From Octopus vulgaris (taxonomy: Eukaryota): a stretch of 64,000 bases of DNA. Of this stretch, positions 13,103 through 25,923 are shown in pieces. A model generated the notes under the pieces. That model saw only the letters and a program-made list of their open reading frames with translations. It ran no database searches and was not told where the DNA came from. Where the stretch lies: NCBI GenBank assembly GCA_951406725.2, contig OX597816.1, forward strand, positions 104,098,001 through 104,162,000. Direction: 5' to 3'. Position numbers and translations under genes: made by a program. How positions within the stretch are numbered: the first letter of the stretch is position 1; every line of letters starts with the position of its first letter.

Positions 13103-13900
13103 GAGTTGCGCCCGAGTCGCCAAAACTCAACGAAGTTTTGCATCTGAAGATGCTAGCAAGTCAGGTGCCATGCAATTGAAAACACTGATGTCTGTGAGAG
13201 AGAACAAAAAACTCCACACAGGGTGAGTAAGTCTGCATTTACATTTTAATTAATTTACATAAAACGTTATGCCATATCATACAAAGTGGCTGAGGCTAAC
13301 CATCAACTTGACGCCTAATGGCAGTTTATTGGTTACGTTGTCGAACCATATGAAAGGAAAACCTACTCAAGGCTGCAATGGATAGTAATTAATTTTGTTT
13401 CTCATTGTTTAATGCTTCTGAAAAATATCGAAAAGTCAGATAAGATTTATTCATTAATGAACCGAAGAATTATTATTTATTACATGTTTTTTTTTTATGT
13501 GTCTCGCCGTTGTGACAAAAAATTAGCAGCAAAGTAAAATGTGCGGTGGAATGACACAATCACAGATAAACATAATGTTAACACTCGTCATTAACGGCAT
13601 CAATTTCTTCCTAGGTCAGCATGACAAAATTATGACTGTAGAGCTGTTATGAAAAACCATCAATTGTATAGAAGTGTTGATTGTGGAGCAAGACAAAGAA
13701 GTATAGAAGGACTCATTCGTATAGGTAAGTGTAACACGTGAGACAACTAAAACAAAAGATTCCTTGGGAAATATTCTAGCGCCATATTCTGCAAAATCGC
13801 ACGTGGAATATATTAATAAACTTGGTTTAATTTTTTTTCAGGAACAGCTGATACATGCAACAATGATGCAACAAAGTGTTTCCTAGTATTTCTGAAATAG
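13103..13900 (+). pseudogene. Three exon-like segments (13103-13222, 13615-13724, 13842-13900) of an unidentified gene, pseudogene or lncRNA
   Basis: Pyrimidine-tract AG acceptors and GTGAGT/GTAAGT donors. The spliced frame is phase-compatible and has one internal TGA. Confidence 0.35.
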
Positions 13901-13902
13901 TT

Positions 13903-14095
13903 AAGGTGTCGAACTGGAAGAGTCGTTAGCACACTAAGAAAATGTTTATCGGCATTTCGTCCGTCTTCACGTTCTGAGTTCAAATTCCGCCGAGATCGAC
14001 TTTGCTATTCATCCTTCGAAGCCGATAAAATCAGTTGAATCGACTTATTCTCTACCCCGAAATTGCTGGTCTTGTGTCAAAAGTTGAAACCAATA
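13903..14095 (+). mobile_element. Diverged SINE family 1 copy
   Basis: GTTCTGAGTTCAAATTCCGCCGAG.TCGACTTTGC..TTCATCCTT core. Confidence 0.8.
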
Positions 14096-14379
14096 TTTCT
14101 GAGGTTTTATAATTTTGAGTAAGATGTGGAATACATGTTGCTTGACTTTTGCTGCGATAACAATGAATCATCAGACAAACTTAAAAAATCAGCTCTAATT
14201 AAACTATAAATGTCATGCCTATCCGAATAAAGTGGTATAAGTATACGCTGCTGATAATGCAAGCCTAAACTATGGAAAACAACAGTGTTTATTTGAAACT
14301 GGAAATGGCTCTAGAAATCATTATTCCTCCATTCTCCAAAAATATAGACAGCACTCCTTTATCTAAAAACATAGATAGC

Positions 14380-16495
14380 ACTATTCCTAGATACCCTAAA
14401 AAAGCGGTGGATGCTCTATTCTGTGGTACACACACCCATTCTCACTTAACGTTAAGAACTTAGCTAAATCCTTCTTTAAAATACTAGACTCTAACTTCCC
14501 TCGGCAACATAAATATCATTCTATCTTTAATAGATCCACCCAGAAACTATCCTATTCTGTCCCACCCGACTTCGAATCTATTGTAGCAGCCTCTAATAAG
14601 CAAAAACTTTCCCTTTATTATCAAAACTCACATAATTACAACTCTAGTCATCGAACGCTCAACACACACATAGCTCCAGCACAGATACCATTACATTAGA
14701 CCAAAACCACAACCCAACCCATCCTACTGACACTGCTCGGAACACCACCACAATCTCTACCACTTTTACATATAGTACAATTAATAGCAACAATAGTAAT
14801 AATAACAATGATCATAATGATAACGTTAATAATACTAATAAGCTAAACTTTTTTACCCCTTTCTCTAACCTTTCCTCTGAGAATATTACCTCCTCCATTC
14901 CTGAACACAATCCCAAAATTCACATGATTGTAACTACCGTCCTGGAACCATCAGCCCCTTACAAACCCATTGCAGAAGATATAATGTAATTTGCAAATGC
15001 ACTGTCCTTAATCTATTACACGACTTTACAGCCATATACATAGGGTACACCAAAAATTTTAAGCAATGGTATGCCGTTCACCTCCATTCTTTTAGATACG
15101 ACAAACATAGTAAATCTACAACACTTGCCAACCACATACATCATCTCGAAAATACAAATATCCCCTATACTTTATCATGGTCCATACTGGATTGAGGATT
15201 TCCCTACCGAGTTCAACGCTCAACCTGTAAGCTTTGCCTGAAGGAGGCGCTTCACACATTAGAGTACAACTCTCCAACACTGCTAGATAAACATAAGACA
15301 CTAAGCACATGCAACCACCGGTTTTTTTCACACATTCATATTCTACCACAAATCCAAATGCCTAAACGACCATACAGTATATTTCCACAATACTCCCAAT
15401 AACCTTTTAAATCTACATTTTAACTCCTAATCCCTAATTCCTCTTTCATACTTGCATATCACAATAATTTAATTGTATTTGTATATATATATGTACGTGT
15501 GTGTGTATGTATGTGTGCGTGTATGTGTGTGTATGTATATATGTAAGGTACCTGCGTGCGCAGGGGTGATAATACATACGGATACACGTATATATGAGTG
15601 TGCATTTATACATATACATATGAGTACGTGTTGTATGTGTAGGTGTTTATGTGTGTAAATATCTATATACATATTTAATATATGCATGTGTATACATCTT
15701 CACATATATACATTCTACTACTAAGCACTGACCTGTCCTCTAAGCAATTTAACCTATATTCCCAAATTCTTCATTCCACCATTTTACTACTCCTACCCCT
15801 CACTTAGGCTCTATCACTACATACCTGTCACTATTCTTTACCCTCCATATCTTTACACTCGCACATTTTTCTATCTCTATCACTCTCACCCTCATTCCTT
15901 CTACCTGACACTCCTTTACTCTTTACCCCCTCATCTCTTTACACTCCCATATCTTTCTCTCTCTATCACCCTCACCTCCCCATTCCTTCAATCAATTTAT
16001 CCTGACCGACCACTAACCAATACACTTTCCCTTTCTTCATTTCTTTATCTCCCTCCCCGCTTTCTTTTTCCTTTTCCCTTTATTCTTATCTTTTTTCTTC
16101 TCTTCCTGTTTTTGATTTGACCTTACAAACACATTCCCAACTTTTAAGTCACTTCAAAAAACCCTCGATTCAATAACGCCGTTTACAAACTATGCTTGGA
16201 AGGACCAATTTTAAATACTATTGGAACTTCCACACAAGGTACAGAAATCTTATATGTATACCATTCTGCATAAATAATGGAACTGCAGATAAAATATCCC
16301 TGCATATCTCACGTCTATTTTCATTCCTACACTTCACTCTCTATTTCGTATCCTATCTAGAATAACTATTCCTTAACCATTTTCTCACACTGTCTCCAAT
16401 GAAGGGATATATAAAATATTCCGGAAACAGATGTAAGACCTCTTTATAAATGTTCTGAAATCTTTCACATCCTTGTATTTTTATCTCATTGTGTT
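14380..16495 (+). mobile_element. Decayed Penelope-like element 3' half (linker, GIY-YIG, pLTR with hammerhead)
   Basis: FKILDSNFPRQHKYHSIFNRST.KLSYS (~14475), YIGYTKNFKQWY..H..SF (~15035), degenerate hammerhead at 16392-16439; ends at (TA)n. Confidence 0.8.
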
Positions 16496-16498
16496 AAT

Positions 16499-16553
<55 letters not shown>

Positions 16554-18006
16554 TATCGTGAACCTATGGTCATGTAATGTCCTGCAGCTTGCAAATCTGG
16601 AAATGGACACCGACGCTGTAATATCTTTGATCAAAGTTGTTTTGAATCTATAATGATTTAGGACTAAACAACAAAAACAGCAGTAATAAGCCATAATCAC
16701 TTCTGTCATTGTAAACTAATGTATTGACGACAATGTTGGCGACCTACGTGAAATTTCTAGGTGAATATATTTCTTTCGAATTACATTATCGATATCTTTA
16801 GACAAAATATAATCGCCCCAATTTCTCAATTCCGTTTCTTCACTGATACATAAAGCCTGGGTGCTTAGAAAAAAATCAATATATTTTAGCATAATTTCTG
16901 AAATTTTCACTGCTCAAGAAACGAGTACAAACCACGTTTCAGATTGTGCCATAATGTTCAAAAGTAATGCAGACAACTGAAGGAATCTATATGCGGTCGT
17001 TCAATCTACAAGAAATAGCAGCCAAATATCTACCTCAAATCACACCATACCACCTTAAAGAAAAAAATCGATCTTTAAATAATGTAGTCTTTGAAAGTAA
17101 TAGGGGATGATGAAGGCTGCTAAAGAAAACGAGGAAAAGCAACTACTAATAACAATACCAACCGGCAATAACATATTTTTATTTCAAAATAAGGAGAAAG
17201 CTTGAGATATTAACATTTTCTATTGCTTTCATGGCAAATAATGAGAAAACAAATACGCGGATCAATTGTAAACACTAACTTCTAGCTATTTGCCAGTAGT
17301 GGTGAGTAAGACAAACATACGGAAATGGATAGAGATTTTAAACAATCACCTCATAAATTATGAGTTCAAATATTTGGAAAACATCTTATGAGCAATATGT
17401 AGAATTCATCCCGTCTCATTTCAGCTTGCAGTCACATATGATAGACTTACGCATTATCCACACAGAGAGATTTATCTCTTACACGCTTATGAAAAGTTAA
17501 GTTCCAGTATTTATGAATCTCTTGGAGTGCTAGCAAGGCCGGCTCAAGGTACCGGCAACTCGGGCAGTCATATATGTATGTATATATATATATGTATATA
17601 TATATTCATATATATATATATATATATATATAAATATATATATGTATGTGTGTGTATATATATATTCATATATATATATTTATATATAGATATATATATA
17701 TATATATATGTATATGTATGTATATATATATAAGTGTATGTATATATATATGCACATATATATATGTATATATATGTATATATATACATATATGTATATA
17801 TATATGTATATATATATATGTATATATATGTATACATATGTATATATATGTATACATATGTATATATATATATGTATGTATATATATGTATATATGTATA
17901 TATATGTATATATATGTGTATATGTACGTATATATGTATATATATATGTATATATATATGTATATGTATATATGTATATGTATATATATATATGTATATA
18001 TATGTA

Positions 18007-18052
<46 letters not shown>

Positions 18053-18268
18053 ATATATATGTATATATATGTATATATGTATATCACCCACACCCGGATA
18101 TGTCTCCGCAAACAATAACTCTCTGCTCGAATGGGCCTTGGTGCCCAAATCCTGAACTGAAAGACTTCACCACGTGGTGCTATTAAGTTAGACATGGCCT
18201 GGGCCAATACTGGCCAAAACCTTTCTAAGTTATTCTAAGTTATATATATGTATATATATATGTATATA

Positions 18269-18299
<31 letters not shown>

Positions 18300-18349
18300 G
18301 CATATATATAAATATATATATATGCATATATATACATATATATATATGC

Positions 18350-18380
<31 letters not shown>

Positions 18381-18439
18381 CATATATATATACATATATA
18401 TATACATATATATATGCATATATATATACACACATTTAT

Positions 18440-19505
18440 ATATATACATATATTTTGAAATATGAGTTCTTTCTTGGAAATACAGCATCACAGACAGCTC
18501 GGAATATTAATGGGATATTTCATTCTAATGTTATTACACAGCAGACAGTATCAAATTGGTTTGCAAAATTTCGTTCTGGTAACTTTGACCTCACAAATGA
18601 GCAATGCAGTCGACCAGAATCAAAGGTGGATAATGACGAACTGAAAGCTACCGTCGAGTTAGATTCATTTCAAAGTGCCCGTGAATTATCGTTCTTGTTT
18701 GCTAATAGCAAGCAAACAATATTGACTCACTTAGTTCAAATCGACAAAGCGAAAAATTTGGATGAGTGGGTTCCACATGAACTCAATGAAAAACAGCAAC
18801 GTTCGGAATCCTGCATTATGCTACTCTCCCGTCACAAAAAAGAATCATTTTTTAATCGAATATTAACATGTGATGAGAAATGGATCCAATACAACAACCG
18901 TAAACGTTCAGCGCAATGGTTGGACTAAGACGAGCCACCAAAACGAGTCATCAAAAGAAGCTGATGATATGTGTTTGGTGGTCTGGCGCAGGTGTGATCC
19001 ATTATGATTTCGTTAAACCTGGCTCATTAATCACAGCCGAAGTATACTGCAGCCAACTGGACCAAAAATGATTCAGAAACTTACAAAAAAGCAGCCTAGA
19101 TTAGTCAACAGATCCACTCCTATTTTATTGCAAGACAACGCCAGATCACACATCGCAAAAATGACGTTGGTGAAACTACAGGAGTTGGAGTTGGAAGTTC
19201 TTCATCATTCACCATACTCACCTAATCTTGTCCCCACTGAATACTACTTCTTCCAGAATTTGGATAACTTATTGATAGGGGAAAAATTCAATTCCGGCGA
19301 TGCTTTAAAACAGGCCTTCCGAGATCTTAATGACTCTAGATTGCCAGGCTTTTACAGTTCCGGGTTTGACAAGCTACCGCTGAAATGGCAAAAGTGTATT
19401 AACAATATGGATGCATACTTTGATGAATAAAACTATTCCTTGTATTTATAAAACATTTGCAAACATTTTTCTCTTTTCTACAAATTTCATACTCGACGAC
19501 CTAAT
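18440..19505 (+). mobile_element. Mariner (DD34D) transposon with pseudogenised transposase
   Basis: [23 protein letters not shown] and HSPYSPNLVPTEYYFF motifs with a stop and frameshift. 3' TIR-like end ...ACTCGACGACCTAA-TA; 5' end lost in microsatellite. Confidence 0.92.
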
Positions 19506-19595
19506 ATATTAATAAAATATATTTTAACTATACTCAGTGCATTTTCAACTTCTATTTTTCCTGTATTGCTACCCCCGTGGAATAAAACTTTGTTT

Positions 19596-19733
<138 letters not shown>

Positions 19734-19783
19734 TGTATGTATGTATGTATGTATGCATGTATGTATGTAGGTGTGTGTGTATA

Positions 19784-19818
<35 letters not shown>

Positions 19819-19854
19819 ATATATTCATACATATATATATATATATATACACCC

Positions 19855-19886
<32 letters not shown>

Positions 19887-19944
19887 GTGTGTAAATATAT
19901 GTGTGTAAATATATGTATGTATATGTATATGTGTGTATATATAA

Positions 19945-22622
19945 AATTAAGAATGAGAGAAACAAATTTCAAAGGTCAATATTCATTCAATCCATTTCAA
20001 ATTGTCGGAATTCTCCACAATATACATAGATATATTCATATATACAAGAGGTAAAAATTCATAAGAATTTATAAATATATAAAAAATTATAAACATATAA
20101 AACTTTATAAACATATAAATATTAAATACATAGATGTACTTGCGAGGTTGAATGTCCGTATTAGAATCAATGAGGAGGGTAGATGAGAAAGTTAGTATAA
20201 AATGATTTAAGAGGAATCCTGAATAAGTGCAAAGTTTGACGGCCGTTTCGGCAAGATATAGTTTGGTATGGGCGAGCTAACTCCAGCCATAGCAATTATC
20301 TATACTTCTCTCATCAGAGTTAAAAGATTCAAAATGTTGTTAGAATTTTAAGAGACATGAAAGATTTGAGAATTTTTCAAAAAACGAATGATTTGTCGGG
20401 TCAATAGTGTTCATGCAGATGATATAATTAGAATAAAGTTGACGCTATATGACGCTATATATAATATATGACGCTATATGACGCTATATATAATAGCATT
20501 TTAAGATGAATCCAAAATATAAAGGGTAACTAGATTAAAATCCTATAGGCTAATTATTTTAGGGGAAGAATTTAAAAGTTGTAAGATATTTATGTCTACA
20601 AGTAATTATGACATCCGATATCTTATTAAGTAAGCTTTTTTTTGTTGGCACGGAGTATGTGAATCATCTCCTTCGTGCATAAAGTGCAATTTTTAGTGTG
20701 TGTATTATATGCTGTGGTTTCCGTTATGATAGGCCAATCTAGACTGAATTCTTTATTGCGCATTTTAAAATTATTGATGTGGGTTGCTAGTGTGGTTGAA
20801 TTTTTTGTTTCGTGATTGATAAATGAATTTGTGTGCCCTGTATCTAATCTTAAAATCTGTCGTACTTCCTATGTATATCTTTTTAGGTTCGTTAAGGGTT
20901 GAAACCTGAACTTTATATACATTTATCCTTAAACAGAATCTTTTAAGGGACATAGCTCCCTATTACTACAATTACTTGTTTTATTTCCAGTCTTAACCTT
21001 TCTATTTTTAATATCAGGGTTCTTCTTATTATTCTTCATATTAACCCATTAAATCCCAGAGTACTTAAATTTCTGAATATTTAAAATTTTTACAGATGAT
21101 TGAAAATAGGTTAAAATGAAAAAAATAACTATTAAAACTCCTTTACTTCAAATAGAAATGGAAATACTCGGTATCCTATATATAGGACACTGAGACAATG
21201 TGATATAGCTTATTTAATGTTCTCATTTAGTGTCCTATTTATAGGACAGTGGGACTTAATGGGCTAAGGTCAGCTATATTATCATCTCTATTGATGCTGT
21301 TATTTCTAAGTTTAAATCTATTGTTGGTCGCGATTATAGACCCTACATTGGGTGTGGTTGAGTACGCTAATTTAAGGCAGGATCTATTAAATATGGAATG
21401 ATATTTATGGCCTAGTGGGAAGTTCCTATCGATAATTGTAAAAAATAATTTAGGAAGGTTTCTGACCAGGAGGGAAAAGGGAGGTGTGAACCATATTATT
21501 CCACCCCACCCACCGATTTGTTTCTATTCTGCCCAGTATAGTTATTGTTATTATAATTAAATAAATTATAGTATCTTATACAATTTTGTTGGTCCCTATA
21601 TTCGGTGGGGTTGTTTATGGGAGGTGTGTCGAAGTTTAAATTCGCAATATTTGAAAAACGTTTGCCTAATTTATTTTTAAATATTGTGTTCTTAATATAT
21701 ATATTTTACTATTGAATCCATTGTCTTATAGTACTGTATTATAAAGGGGCGCAAAATCATCGAAGATCTTTTCGTTTGAGGATAAAGTAGATATTCTTAC
21801 CGATACACCTTTGATAATCCCCTTAATGACACTTTTGGGATAATTAGATAAGGCGTGGATATACTTAATAGCTTTATTAGGCTTATGGTAAGGATAGACT
21901 AAGCCGTTATCTAAATTTATTGTTACGTCCAATATGTTAACATATTTAGTGACATTTTCGAATATAATATCTAAGTTGTATATCTTAAAAAAAATTAATA
22001 AATTATCCGATCAGCTGATTGTGCAGAGGAGCCAGATATAGCGAATAAGGCATCGTCTCTATACATACCTCAGTTGATATCAGGGAATTCTTCCTTAATT
22101 TTTGAGAGTAAGAATAGGCCAACAATATCTATGATCTGGGCAGAGTCCGAGCTTCTCATTGTAATATGAAAATCGTCATGAAGGTCACATCGGGACCAAG
22201 TTCTATTTCTGAAGGCTATCGTTGTTTTTCTTGCGGTAAAAATAATATTTTTCTCTAATGGTGTAATACTAGCAAAATTCTCCGCAAAAGTAATTGCTGT
22301 GTTGAGTAATTCAGGCTTAACAGATTGGTAGTAATTACTAATGTCGAATTGCATAAAGCAGGCTATCCTTGTATTATTCAAAGAGCAAAACCAACTTATG
22401 ACATCTCCCGTGGAGATCCAAAGTGGGAGGTGGTTCGTGTTTCTTTTAACACAAAGGATAATTCTATGAATGATAGACTTACTAATTCTATCCAAGTCAG
22501 ATTTGGTTGGGTAGATTAGCCTAACTTTGGGTTTGCTCTCAAAGTTAGCTCTGTGGTCCTTAAAAGTGAAAATGTTTCTTCTTATTATTAATTTAATATT
22601 TCTGAAGCTCTACTCCTTCATT
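19945..22622 (-). mobile_element. Penelope-like retroelement (RT plus C-terminal GIY-YIG; YRDD type, possibly Nematis-like), decayed, between TA-rich tracts
   Basis: FMQFDISNYY, ITMRSSDSAQI..IVG, GMYRDDAL (~22045-22070), LDVTINL..PYHKPN..YIH..SN.P, VYK..V..KIYIGST..FK.RY..H; hammerhead-like motif at 20236-20320. Confidence 0.9.
21045..21263. mobile_element. piggyBac-type MITE nested in the Penelope element
   Basis: TIRs CCCATTAAATCCCA / TGGGACTTAATGGG flanked by TTAA and CTAA; internal TAGGACAC/GTGTCCTA repeats. Confidence 0.75.
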
Positions 22623-22668
22623 ATATGTGTGTATATGTGTATATATGTGTGTGTGTGTGTGTATGTGC

Positions 22669-22705
<37 letters not shown>

Positions 22706-22784
22706 CTTATACATATACATACATTCATACATCCATATATATATATATATATATATATGACTCGCAGATTATATATATTTTGCA

Positions 22785-22950
22785 GCTTGCAGTGTGGCCA
22801 AAAGGTTCAGAAATTCGTTCCCGCAGTTACGTAGTCCAGGTTTCAATTCCACTTGTAATACCTTGGGCAAACGTTATCTTTTTAGCCTTTGGTTGAGTCA
22901 AAACCTGTGAGTGAAACTGGTTAGACGGAAACAGTATAGAAACCTCTCGG
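22785..22950 (+). mobile_element. Diverged SINE family 2 head
   Basis: CCTTGGGCAA...GTGAGTGAA..TGGT.AGACGGAAAC, like 58360-58475. Confidence 0.7.
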
Positions 22951-24212
22951 GTGGATTGTATCTGTGATTCAGTGCCTGAGAATTACCTTAAATATGCAGG
23001 TACCTGTGGAATGCCCCGCTACTTACACGTTAAATAACAAATAATTTAGTTGATTGTACGACCGAGTCATCTTTATCGTTTAACGGAGTTTCCCTGCTCT
23101 GCAAGAATGGGAATTTCAAAAAATCCTGTTCTACACATTTACATATGAAGGAATACTCACACAAAATAAATAAATAAATAAAAAAACAAGCATTAAATAA
23201 AAGTGTTCTATTTCCTCTAGAAAGCTACTGAATAGTATGAAGACATTTTGCTTTTCTGTCTGGTATGATTTCACTATATAAAAAATAGTATTTAATATAC
23301 GATAAAATAGTATCCTATTTTGGATTGGTTTTAAATATTGATTTTCAACGTTAAACGCGTATTGATTTCTGAAATTAAATGTTTTTAGATATTAAACAGC
23401 AGTGGAGAAGTTAACTGGTTAAATCGTGTTAAATTTCATACAGGCGAGTGATATCACACTTGCATCTAATATCAACGCTGCTATAATAATCCTGAGGTGT
23501 CTTTATGCTTGTAGCTAGTATTGCTTTCCTCTTCATGGAACTTACTGTTGCAGAGGGTAATATTCTTCAATGTATTATACCGTTACACTGCTTATACATA
23601 TCTTAAGCATGCATTAAATTGATGCTAGGAATGCACCATTCAAAGTAATATTTTGATGTTAGAATGATATAAGTAGCCATTGAAATAACTGAAAGAGACC
23701 ACCGAGTGTATCTTTATCTTTCATTCTTTTGGGGTTAATAGAGAACCAGTTTAATGCTGAAGTTTTCTCTGTCTCTCTATCTCTCTCTCCCTCTTTCTTT
23801 TTTTTTCTCTCTCTCTCTCTCTCTGTTCCAGAATCAACTACACTGTACTCTGAGAGAGTTTGCTGGAGATTACTTACAGAATTTGCTTCAACGTAGGGCG
23901 AACAATCTCTCCGTATAGAACCCCACCTAAGCAAGCAAAGAATAACTGAATATATAAAAAAAACTCCATGGAACTTAAACAAGAAATGAAAAAAATAGTA
24001 CAGCTATAATTAATTATTTACAATCTTAGTTCAGGATCAATAAAATAAATTTCGAAGTACCAATAAAGTAAAGCGATCGATCTCATAAATTCAATGCATC
24101 CTTTAAGGTAGTGAATTTTGCATATCTTGTTGCTGTGACATTTTAAATAGTCGACATCTGGACAACTAAATGTCTCCTTTCCCGGGAAATATACCTTAAC
24201 AACAACAACAAC

Positions 24213-24274
<62 letters not shown>

Positions 24275-24402
24275 CCATCATCATCACCATCATCATCACC
24301 ATCATCATCATCATCACCACCACCATCATCATCACCACCACCATCATCATCGTCATCACCATCATCATCATCACCACCATCATCATCACCATCATCATCA
24401 TC

Positions 24403-24457
<55 letters not shown>

Positions 24458-24817
24458 ACATCATCAACCTCATCATCAACATCATCATCAACATCAACAT
24501 CATCAACATCATCTACATCAACATTATCAACATCATCATCAACATCAACATCATCATCATCATCATCATCAACAACATCACATCAACAACATCAACAACA
24601 TCATCAACATCAACATCATCAACAACATCAACAACAACATCAACAACATCATCATCAACAACATCAACAACAACATCAACAACATCAACAACATCAACAA
24701 CATCATCATCAACAACATCAACACATCATCATCAACATCATCATCATCAACAACACCATCACCAACAACATCATCATCAACAACATCATCATCAACAACA
24801 TCATCATCAACAACAAC

Positions 24818-24849
<32 letters not shown>

Positions 24850-25743
24850 TCCTAACCTAAGCACAAAAATACTTTGTCTTGAATTAAAAATTATAATAAT
24901 TATATTAAGGAACGTGAGTGGCAGGATTAGTTCAGCGCTAAACAAATTTATTAGTGAAATTTAATATCGCCCCAATCCCAGTATTGTTGGTGTTACTTAC
25001 TTTAGATTGAACCCTGACGGAGCTTATCCATCATCAAAGGCATTCCAACCATGACCATGCTAACATTTTAAGCGTTGTAGGACTACATTATCTAATATGA
25101 CCTGTCCTTATATAAAGATGACATTGATAGATTTAAAGAAGATTTGGTTGCTATTTCTAGCAGGTCAAGCCACTATAATGAGGCTTTCTCGTTGGCCCTG
25201 GATTCGCGGAGACCGTACCAGTCAATTACTGGGACTAGATTAACTCGACTGTATACCAAATGTGTGGTTTTCTGCACCCGTCCTTCATAAGGAGGCAGAA
25301 CGGCAGTATTAAGTTAAAACTCTGCGTTCTGAGTTCAAATAATGTTGAAATCAATTTTATCCTTTATCTTTTCGGAGTCGATAAAATAAGTTACTGTAAC
25401 TGATCTCAGTGACAGTACTCTCACCTAATGCTGGCGGCTTGATTAAAACGAACCCAGTATTTGTGTGGTACTTTATTTTATCGACTCAATCCCAAAAGGA
25501 TGAAAAGCAAATTCGACTTCGGCAGGGTTTGAACTCAAAACGTAGAGAACCGCAACAAATAAGATAAAATACCTTCTGGTATTTGTTCAGGCTCTTTTCG
25601 TTCAAAGTGTTTAAATCCCAGCAAGGTCTGCTCTTCATTCTCTCGGATTCGATAAAATATGACATTAGTCAAGTTTTTGGTCTTTAAAATAAAGCGTTCC
25701 TCGCAACATATTTCTGACGTTGAGCTTACGTTAGAAATTATTA

Positions 25744-25786
<43 letters not shown>

Positions 25787-25810
25787 GTTGTTGTTGTTGA
25801 TGTTGTTAAG

Positions 25811-25923
25811 GTATATTTCACGGGAAAGGAGACATTTAGTTGTCCAGATGTCGACTATTTAAAATGTCACAGCATCAAGAAATGCCAAATTCACTACCTT
25901 AAAGGACGCATTGAATTTCTGAG
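25811..25923 (+). CDS. Candidate internal coding exon (VYFTGKETFSCPDVDYLKCHSIKKCQIHYLKGRIEFL), product unknown
   Basis: AG acceptor, GTGAGT donor, one open frame; near-identical inverted copy at 24082-24194. Confidence 0.4.

Noticed and set aside
16560-16910. Two in-frame minus ORFs separated by one stop
   Set aside because: No recognisable motif or splice structure; could be chance.
17527-18491. Many overlapping ORFs rich in Y/I/C/V/M/H/T
   Set aside because: Translations of (TA/TG/CA)n microsatellites; the same applies at 5239-5741, 19537-20054, 39689-40672 and 48288-49167.
24018-24945. Poly-Met ORFs
   Set aside because: (CAT/CAA)n microsatellite; only the embedded inverted exon-like copy is informative.
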